The notes below the pieces were generated by a model. That model was not told the DNA's origin. It searched no databases and was given only the letters and a program-made list of their open reading frames with translations. 64,000 nucleotides of DNA from Cyanophyceae cyanobacterium (GTDB lineage Bacteria; Cyanobacteriota; Cyanobacteriia; Cyanobacteriales; JBHJGN01): the NCBI GenBank assembly GCA_050331735.1, contig JBHJGN010000006.1, positions 1 through 64,000 of the forward strand, in the 5' to 3' direction. This document shows positions 21,930-33,354 of this stretch, one piece after another (within the stretch, counting starts at the first letter, position 1; each line of letters opens with the position of its first letter). The translations under genes were made by a program, and so were the position numbers.

Positions 21930-22571
21930 ATGCAGGCTTTAGGCGTATTTAGTCGGTTTGAGCAGTGCGTTCTCAATATGGCTCTCATTAATATCTGTGA
22001 TTGCGAGAGTTACGTTGGTCAGGAAATGCGCCGACGGTATAATGCTTGGAAACAATTGACGGACGAGACGGTGTATAATCCTTGGCTCGATCTGCATCAG
22101 TTTACGATTTATTTGCCTCATCCCGACCAGGAATACGAAGACACCACTCTAGAAGAGGGATTAACCAAGGGCTATAACGTTGAAGTACAGCCCGTCGAAG
22201 ACAAAAGCGAGGTGGTCTACAGCATCCCCGAAGGAGGACATTTTGTCGTTGTCCTCAAGCAACGACAGGTGAATGGCGAGTTTGCGATCGCCGCTACCGG
22301 AATTTTTGTGCGTTCTTTGGGTATCCTCAGCCTCGATGTCATTGTCGATCCCGACCGAGGCGAATTTCAATCCCTGGCGATCAAACATCCTATTATTAGA
22401 GACTATCCCGAAGACTGGGAAACTCAACTGAGGGGGTTTTTGCAACGGGAAGTTAGCGCCGATGAATTACCTCTTGTGGTCGGATACGTTGATCGCGCTT
22501 TAAACCAAGACTACAGACCGCCTTCTTGGCAGGAAGTATCCCTCGCCGCTAGCGGGTTAACAGGTTTTTAG
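21930..22571 (+). CDS. Hypothetical protein
   Basis: Long acidic ORF; ATG at 21930 preferred over TTG at 21897. Confidence 0.75.
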   Translation: MQALGVFSRFEQCVLNMALINICDCESYVGQEMRRRYNAWKQLTDETVYNPWLDLHQFTIYLPHPDQEYEDTTLEEGLTKGYNVEVQPVEDKSEVVYSIPEGGHFVVVLKQRQVNGEFAIAATGIFVRSLGILSLDVIVDPDRGEFQSLAIKHPIIRDYPEDWETQLRGFLQREVSADELPLVVGYVDRALNQDYRPPSWQEVSLAASGLTGF

Positions 22572-22593
22572 ACCTAGCTAGAATAGTAATTTA

Positions 22594-22728
22594 TACCATT
22601 TACCGAAAGGAGTGAGATAGTTCTCCTCACTAACAAAGAGTTGGCTCTTAAAAGGGAAAGGCTTGCTGTGTTTACCTTTCCCCTTTTCCCCAACGGATCA
22701 AGTCTCTTATGACTTTTTCTAATTGGTA
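22594..22728 (-). mobile_element. MITE family A, copy 2 (diverged)
   Basis: TTA|TACCATTTACCGAAAGG...CTAATTGGTA|TTA. Confidence 0.8.
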
Positions 22729-22827
22729 TTAGTTAGTGGTTAGTCGCCGCCAGGAAAGACGGAGTTTTACGAAATGCCAACCACTAACTAAAAAAATGTC
22801 GCTCTTACTGATTGACGGTTCGAGGGT

Positions 22828-25551
22828 TTAAAGCTCAAAACTAGCTCGCACAACGTCCATATTCCTCTGGAGATCAAATCCAAGCTTTTTGCAGAGATGC
22901 TGCATCGCGTGGTTTTCGGGGAGAATTTCGGCAGTAATGCGGCTGAGTTGTTCCTGACGACCCACATCAATCAAAGAGTACAGGAGTTCTGTGCCTAATC
23001 CCAGACCCTGATAGCGATCGCCCACTAGCATTCCAAACTCTGCTTCATTGGTTCCGTAGATTTTGCTCAAGCGACCCACGCCCCAGATTTCCGGCTCTCC
23101 GGTATCGGGATTGTGGTAATCGGCCACTAAAGCCATTTCGCGATCGTAGTCGATAAAGCAGATTCTCGTCAGTCTTTCGTGGGCCACTCGTGCCTGAAGC
23201 TTAATCAGGTGGAAGTAGCGAAAATAAACGCTTTCTTCGGAGAGAGATTGATGAAAGTTGACAATCAAGGGTTCGTCTTCAGGACGAATGGGACGAATGG
23301 TGACTCTAGTGCCATCGTTTAAGGTCCAAGGTTTGATGTAGTGGGCGGGATAGGGGCGAACGGCAACGCCGGGTAGCTGGGACTCGCTGTCTAGATTGTG
23401 GAGCACAACGCGAGCATCGAGGGCTAACAGGCGATCGCTCGAAGCCAGGAGAGGGTTAATATCAATTTCCTTGATCCAGGGTTGTTCGACCACTAGCTGA
23501 CTAAAACGCACCATTAATTTAGCTAAGGCCGTTAAATCTACAGAGGTTTTGCCCCTCACTCCGTGGAGGGCTTCGTAGATGCGGGTTTGTTCCATCATCC
23601 GGCGTGCCAGAGTTGTATTCAGGGGGGGTAAGGCCAGGGCGCGGTCCTTGAATACTTCTACCAACTGTCCGCCTGTGCCGAAGAGCAGCACCGGACCAAA
23701 CTGTTCGTCGATACTGCTGCCGACAATCAGTTCAATGCCGTCAAGTTTCACCATCGGCTGCACGGTAACGCCGAGAAAGTCAGCGGGAGTGAGGGAATTT
23801 TTGATGGCGTTGTAAGCTGCTCTCACGGCATCGGCGTTATTCAAATTGAGGTGAACTCCACCCACGTCTGTTTTATGAGTAATGGTTTCAGAATGGAGTT
23901 TGAGCACGACCGGATAACCAATGGCGGCGGCGATTTCTACGGCTTGGTCTTCAGCGGTGGCAATTTCAGTTGTGACGGTCGGAATACCGTAGGCAGCGAG
24001 TAACTGTTTTGATTCGTATTCGGTCAGAAGAGTACGCCCCGTTTCTCTCACTGCCCTCAACAGGTTGGCGGCGGTGGTCCGACTGCTTCTGCCATCACTC
24101 ATTTCAGCGAGGACAGGGGTTTCATACAGCCCCTTGAGGTTATAGCTGTAGTTCCACATCAGGTTAAACAGATGGGCAGCGGTATCGGGATAGGGAATGG
24201 TGTAGATTCCAGCGCGGTTGAGAATCGCTTCTCCTTCGGCGACCTTTTCTCCTCCCATCCAGCTTGCTAGCAGGGGTTTACCGTTTAATTCTTTAGTGGC
24301 TTCTTGCAGTTGAAAGGCGGTCCTGGTCGCATCGGTCATTGCTTGCGGGGTGAGAATGACCAGCAGCCCGTCACTGTTTGGGTCGGCGGCGGCAATCTTG
24401 AGGGCTTGGGTATAGCGGTCGGCAGTGGCATCCCCGAGAATATCAATGGGATTGTGACGACTCCAGTGAGGCGGCAACACCTCATCTAGCCGAGCTACCG
24501 TTTCAGGAGAGAGTTGAGCTAATCCGCCTTGTTTTTTGACCAGGGAATCGGTAGCTAGTACGCCCGGTCCTCCAGCATTGGTCAAAATGGTTAACCGCTT
24601 GCCTTTAGGACGGGGCTGTTTTGCCAGCAATTCGGTCATGTTAAACAGATCTTCGATGGTATCGACCCGCAGCACTCCGCAGCGACGAAACGCCGCGTCT
24701 AAGACCTCATCGCTTCCGGCTAATGTCCCGGTGTGAGAAGCGGCGGCACGGGCGGCTGCCCCGGTGCGACCTCCCTTGATCACAATAATCGGTTTACTGA
24801 GGGCAACTTCCCGTGCTGCTGAGAGAAACGAACGGGCATTGCCAATAGATTCCATGTAAATCGCAATGCTGCCAGTCGCGGGATCGTCACCGAGATGATA
24901 GATCAAATCGCCCCAGCTAATATCTAGCATCGAACCAATCGAGACAAAGGCACTGAAGCCCACGTTTTCGCGGAAACTCCAGTCTAAAATTGCCGTACAC
25001 AACGCTCCACTCTGACTGATAAAGCCGACGTTTCCAGGACGCGCCATGGCGCTAGCAAACGTCGCGTTCAGTCCTTGCAGGGGATTCATCAATCCGAGGC
25101 AGTTTGGCCCCACAACTCGCATCTGATGACGGCGGACTTCCGCTAAAATTTGCTGTTCTAGTTCAATGCCGATGGTGCCAATTTCTTTGAATCCTGCCGA
25201 GAGAATAATTACGCCTTTCACTCCCGCCGTTCCACACTGACCCACGATCGCCGGTACAGTTGGGGCTGGAGTGGCAATAATCGCTAAGTCGACAGCTTCG
25301 GGGATCGCAGCGATATCAGAATAAGCTTTGATCCCCAGAACGTTGTCTCGTTTTGGGTTAACGGGAAAAATTGTTCCGCCGAAGGGACTACTAATCAGAT
25401 TCCAGAGTACCGTTCTGCCTACACTACCGGGGCGATCTGTCGCACCAATAACGGCTACGGCTTTAGGGGAAAAAATCACGTCTAGAGGTCGCCGTCGATA
25501 GTTGGCAATGTCGTGCGCCGGATCGACAGTCAGATTCATCGAGATAGTCAT
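22828..25551 (-). CDS. Acetate--CoA ligase (ADP-forming)-like / GNAT acetyltransferase fusion (Pat/Pka type)
   Basis: CoA-binding domain, GPNCLG, SQSG, AASHTG, ATP-grasp HKTDVGGV, C-terminal GNAT (YQGLGLG). Confidence 0.88.
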   Translation of the reverse strand: MTISMNLTVDPAHDIANYRRRPLDVIFSPKAVAVIGATDRPGSVGRTVLWNLISSPFGGTIFPVNPKRDNVLGIKAYSDIAAIPEAVDLAIIATPAPTVPAIVGQCGTAGVKGVIILSAGFKEIGTIGIELEQQILAEVRRHQMRVVGPNCLGLMNPLQGLNATFASAMARPGNVGFISQSGALCTAILDWSFRENVGFSAFVSIGSMLDISWGDLIYHLGDDPATGSIAIYMESIGNARSFLSAAREVALSKPIIVIKGGRTGAAARAAASHTGTLAGSDEVLDAAFRRCGVLRVDTIEDLFNMTELLAKQPRPKGKRLTILTNAGGPGVLATDSLVKKQGGLAQLSPETVARLDEVLPPHWSRHNPIDILGDATADRYTQALKIAAADPNSDGLLVILTPQAMTDATRTAFQLQEATKELNGKPLLASWMGGEKVAEGEAILNRAGIYTIPYPDTAAHLFNLMWNYSYNLKGLYETPVLAEMSDGRSSRTTAANLLRAVRETGRTLLTEYESKQLLAAYGIPTVTTEIATAEDQAVEIAAAIGYPVVLKLHSETITHKTDVGGVHLNLNNADAVRAAYNAIKNSLTPADFLGVTVQPMVKLDGIELIVGSSIDEQFGPVLLFGTGGQLVEVFKDRALALPPLNTTLARRMMEQTRIYEALHGVRGKTSVDLTALAKLMVRFSQLVVEQPWIKEIDINPLLASSDRLLALDARVVLHNLDSESQLPGVAVRPYPAHYIKPWTLNDGTRVTIRPIRPEDEPLIVNFHQSLSEESVYFRYFHLIKLQARVAHERLTRICFIDYDREMALVADYHNPDTGEPEIWGVGRLSKIYGTNEAEFGMLVGDRYQGLGLGTELLYSLIDVGRQEQLSRITAEILPENHAMQHLCKKLGFDLQRNMDVVRASFEL

Positions 25552-26059
25552 AGTTCCGGGATTGGTGCAGTGGTGGTCTTAATTTCTCCCCAATTGTAAG
25601 CAAGGCAATCTTAAAAAAATGTTTGCTATATTGCTTTTGACATTTGCTTGATATCTATTTCAGGATTGAGTCAAGTAGAATACAGAAAACTTTGGAAAAC
25701 ATCCTTTCAATGCCGCAGATTCAGAGCACTAGGTATTTTTGCCTTTTGTAAACCAATTGTTAAAACTTGCGATAACTTTGTTAATTTAAAAGAGTAGCTC
25801 GATGACAAGTTTTTTGAAGGAAGGCAATCCGATTTATAGAGAATAGTCTATGGGTAGCGGGAATATTTCCGGCTGGCATTTTTCTATTAATGCCCTTAAG
25901 AAAGGTACTCAAATGTACTCAAAATTTCTAATTTACTAGAAAGCAAACTGGTTGCTAGAATTACCGAAGCGCTTTTGAATGCTACACTCAACTATTCTCA
26001 AGCTCAGCGGCGAACCAAGTCATCGGCGACCATCGGAAAACAAATAGGAGGCGCACTCA

Positions 26060-28288
26060 ATGTGGCAACAATGGAAAGGTTTCGTTCCTGGTCAATGGAC
26101 GGAAGAAATCAACCTCCGCGATTTTATTCACCAAAACTACCTTCCCTATGAAGGAGATGAATCCTTCTTAGCCAGTAAGACAGAAGTGACCCATCAACTG
26201 TGGGAAAAAGTCAAAGACTTAATGGCAATAGAGCGGGAAAAAGGAATATTAGACACCGATACGAAAGTGCCTTCTGCTATTACCGCTCATGCCCCTGGCT
26301 ATATCGATCGAGACTTAGAAAAAATCGTCGGTTTACAAACAGACACCCCCCTCAAACGGGCGATCATGCCCTTTGGCGGTATCCGGGTGGTGAAAAGTTC
26401 CCTGGAAGCCTACGGTTATCAGCTAGATGAGCAAACGGAAGAGATTTTTACCAAATACCGCAAGACTCACAACGACGGAGTCTTCGATGCCTACACCCGC
26501 GAGATGAGGCTAGCGCGGCGTTCGGGGATTATTACTGGCTTGCCCGATGCCTACGGCAGGGGACGCATTATCGGAGACTACCGCCGCGTGGCCCTGTATG
26601 GGTGCGATCGCCTGATTGTCGACAAGCAGGAGCAGCTATATTCACTTGAAGTGGAGACCCTCGATGAAGAGGTAATTCGCCTGCGCGAAGAAGTGTCCGA
26701 ACAGATCCGCGCCCTCAAGGAACTCAAAGCAATGGCGGCCAGCTACGGCTGCGATATCGGTCAACCGGCGGCGAACGCAGCCGAAGCGATTCAGTGGACG
26801 TATTTTGGCTATCTGGGGGCCGTCAAAGAACAGAATGGGGCCGCCATGTCTTTAGGTCGCGTTTCCACCTTCCTAGACATTTACTGCCAGCGAGATTTAG
26901 ACAACGGCGACGTCACCGAAGCCGAAGTGCAAGAACTGATCGACCATTTCGTGATGAAGCTGCGAATGGTGCGGTTCCTGCGTCATCCGGCCTACAACGA
27001 ACTCTTCTCTGGCGATCCCACCTGGGTCACGGAATCCATTGGCGGCATGGGAGAAGATGGCAGAACGTTAGTGACGAAAACCAGCTTCCGCTTCTTAAAT
27101 ACGCTATATACCCTCGGACCTGCCCCCGAACCCAACCTCACCGTTCTCTGGTCCGAAAAACTGCCCGTCGCCTTTAAACGCTTCTGCGCGAAAGTGTCTG
27201 CCGATACCAGTTCCATTCAGTACGAAAACGACGACCTGATGCGCGGCTACTACGGAGACGACTACGGCATCGCCTGCTGCGTGTCGGGAATGCGCATTGG
27301 CAAGCAGATGCAGTTCTTCGGCGCCAGGGTAAATCTTGCTAAAGCGTTACTCTACGCCATCAACGGCGGGAAAGACGAAAAAGCCGGAGAACAAATTGCC
27401 CCTCAGTTTGAGCCGATTACCTCCGAGTATTTAGAGTCCGAGGAAGTGACCGCCAAGTTCGACCGCATGATGGGATGGCTGGCCCAACTCTACGTCAACA
27501 CCCTCAACGTCATTCACTATATGCACGATAAATACTGCTACGAACGCCTCGAAATGGCGCTGCACGACCGCGACGTTTATCGGACGATGGCGTGTGGAGT
27601 CGCGGGGTTGTCGGTGGTGGGAGATGCCCTCTCAGCAATTAAATACGCCAAGGTGAAAGTAATCCGCAACGAGAATGGGTTAGCGGTCGATTACCACATT
27701 GAAGGCGACTACCCGAAATTTGGCAACAACGATGATCGCGTTGACACCCTTACGGCCCAGGTCGTGGAAGACTTTATGAACAAAGTGCGCCAGCACAAAA
27801 CCTATCGCAACGCCGTTCCCACTCAGTCCATCCTTACCATTACCTCCAACGTTGTCTACGGCAAGAAAACAGGCAGTACCCCCGACGGACGCAAAGCTGG
27901 ACAGCCCTTCGCCCCAGGTGCGAATCCCATGCACGGACGCGATACCAAAGGAGCGATCGCCGCGCTAGAATCCGTTGCCAAACTGCCCTACGAACATGCC
28001 CAAGACGGCATTTCCTACACCTTCTCGATTGTTCCCGAAGCATTAGGAAAAACCGCAGACAGCAAAATCAATAACCTGGCGGCCATGTTAGACGGTTACT
28101 TCCACGATACCGGTCACCACATCAACATCAACGTCTTAAACCGGGAAACCTTGGTTGACGCGATGGAACATCCCGAACTCTATCCCCAACTGACGATTCG
28201 GGTATCTGGCTATGCGGTTAACTTTATCAAACTTACCCGCGAACAACAGCTAGACGTGATTAGCCGCACCTTCCATGACAGAGTATAG
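26060..28288 (+). CDS. pflB: Pyruvate formate-lyase
   Basis: Catalytic IACCVS, glycyl-radical motif [34 protein letters not shown]. Confidence 0.97.
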   Translation: MWQQWKGFVPGQWTEEINLRDFIHQNYLPYEGDESFLASKTEVTHQLWEKVKDLMAIEREKGILDTDTKVPSAITAHAPGYIDRDLEKIVGLQTDTPLKRAIMPFGGIRVVKSSLEAYGYQLDEQTEEIFTKYRKTHNDGVFDAYTREMRLARRSGIITGLPDAYGRGRIIGDYRRVALYGCDRLIVDKQEQLYSLEVETLDEEVIRLREEVSEQIRALKELKAMAASYGCDIGQPAANAAEAIQWTYFGYLGAVKEQNGAAMSLGRVSTFLDIYCQRDLDNGDVTEAEVQELIDHFVMKLRMVRFLRHPAYNELFSGDPTWVTESIGGMGEDGRTLVTKTSFRFLNTLYTLGPAPEPNLTVLWSEKLPVAFKRFCAKVSADTSSIQYENDDLMRGYYGDDYGIACCVSGMRIGKQMQFFGARVNLAKALLYAINGGKDEKAGEQIAPQFEPITSEYLESEEVTAKFDRMMGWLAQLYVNTLNVIHYMHDKYCYERLEMALHDRDVYRTMACGVAGLSVVGDALSAIKYAKVKVIRNENGLAVDYHIEGDYPKFGNNDDRVDTLTAQVVEDFMNKVRQHKTYRNAVPTQSILTITSNVVYGKKTGSTPDGRKAGQPFAPGANPMHGRDTKGAIAALESVAKLPYEHAQDGISYTFSIVPEALGKTADSKINNLAAMLDGYFHDTGHHININVLNRETLVDAMEHPELYPQLTIRVSGYAVNFIKLTREQQLDVISRTFHDRV

Positions 28289-28342
28289 AGATTGTCTGTC
28301 GTTGGTCATTAGTCCTTTGTCAAAAAAGTCTCTAATGACCAA

Positions 28343-28969
28343 TCACTCATCCTGATTTAAAGTTCCTCGAAACCCCGTAATAATTCGGCTCCCATCTTTA
28401 AGCACATGAATTTCTAGTTGGTCACTGGCCCAGTCGAGTTTATCTTCAAGGTCAGGATTAAACACGTGAACTCTTTGATTACTGGAGGAAACCAATGAAT
28501 GAGGATCGTTAATGGCGAGAGATTGGACATAAGCCCCATCAATTAAAATATCAAGCTGTGCTAATAGGTCTTGACTCGATGCTGGAGCATAGTTCGAGCG
28601 TAACTTTTCTAAAGTAAAGCCCGTAAAAGACATGACATCGAATCCCGCGGCTTTTACCCTTTTAGCGACTTGCGTTAACGCTGGTGCCTGCCAAAACGGT
28701 TCGCCCCCAGAAAAAGTCACTCCCGTGTGATTCGGGTTACTTAAAATCCTTTCTACTAAATGCTCGACAGAAATTAACTGATTAATTTCAAAAGACCAGG
28801 ATTGGGGATTGAAGCAGCCATCGCATTCCCGCTGACAGCCCTGTAGCCACACAACTGCCCGACATCCCGGACCATTGACCGCTGATTCGTCAACATATCC
28901 CATAATATTAAGTTCCCCTGGAGGAATTTCCAACAACTGGAGATAAGGATCAATTTTGGTCTTACTCAT
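28343..28969 (-). CDS. Radical SAM protein, NrdG-like activase family
   Basis: NGPGCRAVVWLQGCQRECDGC, SGGEPF, DILIDGAY, SSNQR. Confidence 0.85.
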   Translation of the reverse strand: MSKTKIDPYLQLLEIPPGELNIMGYVDESAVNGPGCRAVVWLQGCQRECDGCFNPQSWSFEINQLISVEHLVERILSNPNHTGVTFSGGEPFWQAPALTQVAKRVKAAGFDVMSFTGFTLEKLRSNYAPASSQDLLAQLDILIDGAYVQSLAINDPHSLVSSSNQRVHVFNPDLEDKLDWASDQLEIHVLKDGSRIITGFRGTLNQDE

Positions 28970-29263
28970 ATAAACTTAATTTTTGTTTGAGCTTTGTTTT
29001 ATTTAAAATAGCAAATGGACTGTTAAATTCTACTCAATGTTTTATATTTTGTTACTGACTCGGCAATTGCCTACCGGTTTTCTCAGTAACACTATTCTCA
29101 AAAAATGTCTTGATAGAGTTAATAAAAGAAAAGCAGCTTTACTACAAATTTAAAAGAAAAATGACTAAAAGCGCGGGTAAAGCGACTCCCTCGCTCTAAG
29201 CTATTGAGCCAAACCCTAGAGGAGATAAATTCCCATCAATAACTAACAATCAGCTTAACTAAA

Positions 29264-29779
29264 ATGTACAACAAAATTCTCGTAGCAGTCGATCGCACTA
29301 AACTGAGCAGACAAGCGCTTACTCAAGCCATTGCCATTGCCAAGGCATTTCAAGCCACGCTGCATTTACTGCACGTTCTGACTCCCTTAGAACAGGAATA
29401 TAAGGTGACCCCGCTGGCTTTTAGCCATAGCTCCTATCTTGAAAGCTTAGATGGAGTGATTCGAGAACAGTGGCAGTCTTTGGAAGAAGCCGGACTCAAA
29501 ATGCTGCGATCGCACTGCGCCGAAGTTCAACAAGCTGGAGTCAAGTGCGAATCGACGCAAACTATCGGTCAACCGGATCGAAAAATTTGCGAACTCGCCC
29601 AAACCTGGAATGCCGATTTAATTGTTATTGGCAGTCACGGTCGCAAAGGTTTACGGGAATTAGTTCTCGGTAGCGTCAGTAATTACGTTTCGCATCACGT
29701 TCCCTGCGCTGTCCTCATCGTGCATCAACAAGCTGACTCTCAATCTTTGCCTCAAGAACAGCCAAAGACCGCACCATAG
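29264..29779 (+). CDS. Universal stress protein
   Basis: KILVAVD and DLIVIGSHGR...GSVSNYV. Confidence 0.92.
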   Translation: MYNKILVAVDRTKLSRQALTQAIAIAKAFQATLHLLHVLTPLEQEYKVTPLAFSHSSYLESLDGVIREQWQSLEEAGLKMLRSHCAEVQQAGVKCESTQTIGQPDRKICELAQTWNADLIVIGSHGRKGLRELVLGSVSNYVSHHVPCAVLIVHQQADSQSLPQEQPKTAP

Positions 29780-29842
29780 ACCTTGGTTCTTTTGCTGCAA
29801 AGACGCTACACGAATACTGTTTGAGCCGATGAACAATCAACA

Positions 29843-30607
29843 ATGAACAAGAACCTCATGACAACCACTTCTCCCTCCGGAACTAAAGGCAGAATTCACT
29901 CCATAGAAACCTGCGGCACAGTTGATGGTCCCGGCATTCGCTACGTCCTTTTTACCCAGGGGTGCCCGCTGCGCTGTCTCTACTGCCACAATCCCGACTG
30001 TCGCACCCCCAACGGGGGTAAAGAAGTAACGGTGTCTGAATTAATGGCAGACATTAGCAAATATCGTTCCTACATGGAGTTTTCAGGAGGGGGAGTGACA
30101 ATCACCGGAGGCGAACCTTTAATGCAGCCGGAGTTTACTCGCGAGATTTTTCGCCGCTGTCAAGAGTTAGGCATTCATACTGCTTTAGATACTTCTGGTT
30201 ATGTAAATTTAGCTACTGCAAAATCAGTGCTAAGTTATGTAAACTTAGTCTTGTTAGATATTAAATCTTTCGATCCCAAAATCTACCAGCAAGTTACCGA
30301 CGTTTCTTTACAGCCAACCCTCAATTTTGCTCGCTATTTAGATGAAATTAGCAAACCCGTTTGGATTCGGTTTGTTCTAGTTCCTCATCTGACCGATCCC
30401 ATCCATAACATGAGAGGATTAGCCAAGTTTGTCTCCACTCTACACAACGTTCAACGAGTAGAAATCTTGCCCTTTCACAAGATGGGAGAGTACAAATGGG
30501 AGCAGCTTGGGTACGAATACCAGCTCAAAAATACTCCCCCAGCCTCTCCCGAACTAGTGGCAACGGCTAAAAGCATCTTTCAAGAATGCGGCATCACAGC
30601 CGATTAA
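29843..30607 (+). CDS. pflA: Pyruvate formate-lyase activating enzyme
   Basis: GTVDGPGIR, CPLRCLYCHNPD, GGEP, HTALDTSG. Confidence 0.95.
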   Translation: MNKNLMTTTSPSGTKGRIHSIETCGTVDGPGIRYVLFTQGCPLRCLYCHNPDCRTPNGGKEVTVSELMADISKYRSYMEFSGGGVTITGGEPLMQPEFTREIFRRCQELGIHTALDTSGYVNLATAKSVLSYVNLVLLDIKSFDPKIYQQVTDVSLQPTLNFARYLDEISKPVWIRFVLVPHLTDPIHNMRGLAKFVSTLHNVQRVEILPFHKMGEYKWEQLGYEYQLKNTPPASPELVATAKSIFQECGITAD

Positions 30608-30699
30608 TTTTGTTTTGTGAGCGCTCTTCGGTTCTCCTGGTCGTGTTTACTGTCAACTACTAACGGATAATCATCAACAATCAACAAGCAGCCACCACT

Positions 30700-33354
30700 A
30701 TGAAAGTTACTAACCTAGAAGAACTGGACATCCTCATTCAGCAAGTTAAAGCTGCTCAAGCTGAGTATGCAAACCACACCCAACAACAGGTAGATAAAAT
30801 CTTCAAGCAAGCCGCCCTAGCTGCCAACGAAAAGCGCATCCACCTAGCTAAATTAGCCGTGCAGGAAACGGGCATGGGAATTGTTGAAGATAAGGTGATT
30901 AAAAATCACTTTGCTTCTGAGTTTATCTACAACAAATACAAGCAAAAACATACCTGTGGGGTGATTGAATCTGACTCACACTACGGCATTCAAAAAATAG
31001 CCGAACCCGTGGGTATTTTAGCAGGAATTGTCCCGACCACAAATCCCACCTCCACCGCCATCTTTAAAGCATTAATTGCTCTAAAAACCCGCAACGCCAT
31101 TATCTTCTCTCCCCACCCAAGAGCCAAAGAATGCACGATCGCTGCTGCCCAAACCGTCCTTGATGCGGCGATCGCCGCAGGCGCACCCGAACAGATCGTC
31201 GGCTGGATCGACGAACCCACCGTCGAACTGTCTCAAGCGTTAATGCAGCACCCCAACATTAATTTAATTCTGGCGACGGGAGGTCCAGGCATGGTCAAAG
31301 CGGCCTATTCTTCGGGTAAACCCTCACTAGGAGTCGGGGCGGGCAATACGCCTGCCGTCATCGATGAAACTGCCGACGTTAAGTTAGCCGTTAGCTCCAT
31401 TTTGTTGAGTAAAACCTTCGACAACGGCATGATTTGCGCTTCAGAACAATCGGTGGTCGTCGTCGATGAAGTCTACGAACAGGTTAAGCAAGAATTCGCC
31501 CTGAGAGGGGCTTATTTTTTGACCCCAGAGGAACGGGCAAAAGTCAGCGCCGTACTGGTGAAGGACGGGCGCATCAACGCTGCCATCGTCGGCCAATCGG
31601 TCGCCAAAATTGCTGAACTGGCCGGTATTGAAGTTCCCGCCGGTTCTAAAGTGTTAGTGGGAGAAGTGGCGGAAGTCGGCGTTCACGAACCCTTTTCCAT
31701 TGAAAAACTTTCCCCTATCTTAGCGATGTATCGGGCGAGAAATTTTGAAGCCGCCACCGAGATAGCCGAAACCCTCATTCTGATGGGCGGGCGGGGACAT
31801 ACCTCTGTTCTATATACGGCCCCCAGCAACAGCGATCGCATCAACTATTTCGATACCCACATCTCTACAGGCCGGGTGCTGATCAATACTCCTTCCTCCC
31901 AAGGAGCGATCGGGGATCTGTATAACTTTAAGCTCGATCCCTCCCTAACTCTGGGCTGCGGCACCTGGGGCGGTAACTCAGTCAGTGAGAACGTGTCTGT
32001 TCACCACCTCCTCAACATCAAAACCGTCTCCGAACGGCGGGAAAATATGCTCTGGTTCCGCGTTCCTCCCAAAGTCTATTTTAAGTACGGCTGTTTGCCC
32101 GTTGCCCTTCGAGATTTAACCGGCAAGAAGCGAGCCTTTATCATCACCGACAAGCCGCTCTTCGATCTGGGCATGATCAAAGAGGTGACGGATGTGTTAG
32201 AGGAACTGCAAATCGAACATCAGGTCTTCTACGATGTCCAGCCCGATCCTACCCTATCCACCATCGAACTAGGCTTAGCGAGAGTCAATACCTTTCAACC
32301 CGACGTGATTATTGCCTTTGGGGGCGGTTCGCCGATGGATGCGGCCAAGGTGATCTGGCTGATGTACGAACATCCCGAAGTCGAATTCGACGGCATTGCC
32401 ACCCGGTTTATGGACATCCGCAAGCGGGTCTACGAGTTACCAACGCTGGGGAATAAGGCACAGATGGTTGCGATTCCGACGACTTCTGGCACGGGGTCGG
32501 AAGTCACTCCCTTCGCCGTAGTCACCGACGACCGCACCGGGATCAAATATCCCCTGGCCGATTATGCCTTAACGCCCCACATGGCGATCGTCGATCCGGA
32601 ATTGGTGCTGAATATGCCCAAATCCCTGACAGCCTTTGGCGGCATCGATGCCCTTACCCACGCCCTAGAAGCCTACGTCTCCGTTGTCGCCACAGAATTT
32701 ACCAATGGACTGGCACTAGAAGCGATCGGTCTCCTGCTTAACTATCTCCCTCGCGCCTATAGGCTGGGGGCAAAAGACCCCGAAGCGAGGGAAAAAGTTC
32801 ATTACGCGGCAACCATTGCCGGCATGGCGTTTGCCAACGCTTTCCTCGGAATCTGCCACTCGATGGCGCATAAACTCGGTTCCTCGTTCCACCTCCCCCA
32901 CGGGTTAGCCAATGCGCTCTTAATTACCCACGTCATTCGCTACAACTCCACCGATGCGCCGTTTAAACAGGCGATCTTCCCCCAGTACGAGTATCCCCAT
33001 GCTAAAGAACGGTATGCCCAAATCGCGGATTATCTCCACCTCGGCGGCAGCACTCCTGACGAAAAGGTGGAAAAATTAGTGGAGGCGATCGACAAGCTGA
33101 AGCTGGAAATTGATATTCCCCTTACTATTAAAGAAGCCTTACCGGGAGAGGAACGAGAGTTCTACGAACAAATCGAAGAACTCGCCGAACAAGCCTTTGA
33201 CGATCAGTGTACGGGGGCGAATCCTCGCTATCCGCTCATTAAGGATCTCAAAGAACTCTATACCCTCGCCTATCGTGGCTGTAAAATTAATGCCGCACCG
33301 TATCACGAAGCCGAGGCAGAAGAGGGGCGAGAAATGGCAGGTAGCGTTTCTTAA
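30700..33354 (+). CDS. adhE: Bifunctional acetaldehyde-CoA/alcohol dehydrogenase
   Basis: ALDH half (PTTNPTST, GMICASEQ) plus Fe-ADH half (GGGSPMDAAK, HSMAHK, HGLAN). Confidence 0.97.
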   Translation: MKVTNLEELDILIQQVKAAQAEYANHTQQQVDKIFKQAALAANEKRIHLAKLAVQETGMGIVEDKVIKNHFASEFIYNKYKQKHTCGVIESDSHYGIQKIAEPVGILAGIVPTTNPTSTAIFKALIALKTRNAIIFSPHPRAKECTIAAAQTVLDAAIAAGAPEQIVGWIDEPTVELSQALMQHPNINLILATGGPGMVKAAYSSGKPSLGVGAGNTPAVIDETADVKLAVSSILLSKTFDNGMICASEQSVVVVDEVYEQVKQEFALRGAYFLTPEERAKVSAVLVKDGRINAAIVGQSVAKIAELAGIEVPAGSKVLVGEVAEVGVHEPFSIEKLSPILAMYRARNFEAATEIAETLILMGGRGHTSVLYTAPSNSDRINYFDTHISTGRVLINTPSSQGAIGDLYNFKLDPSLTLGCGTWGGNSVSENVSVHHLLNIKTVSERRENMLWFRVPPKVYFKYGCLPVALRDLTGKKRAFIITDKPLFDLGMIKEVTDVLEELQIEHQVFYDVQPDPTLSTIELGLARVNTFQPDVIIAFGGGSPMDAAKVIWLMYEHPEVEFDGIATRFMDIRKRVYELPTLGNKAQMVAIPTTSGTGSEVTPFAVVTDDRTGIKYPLADYALTPHMAIVDPELVLNMPKSLTAFGGIDALTHALEAYVSVVATEFTNGLALEAIGLLLNYLPRAYRLGAKDPEAREKVHYAATIAGMAFANAFLGICHSMAHKLGSSFHLPHGLANALLITHVIRYNSTDAPFKQAIFPQYEYPHAKERYAQIADYLHLGGSTPDEKVEKLVEAIDKLKLEIDIPLTIKEALPGEEREFYEQIEELAEQAFDDQCTGANPRYPLIKDLKELYTLAYRGCKINAAPYHEAEAEEGREMAGSVS

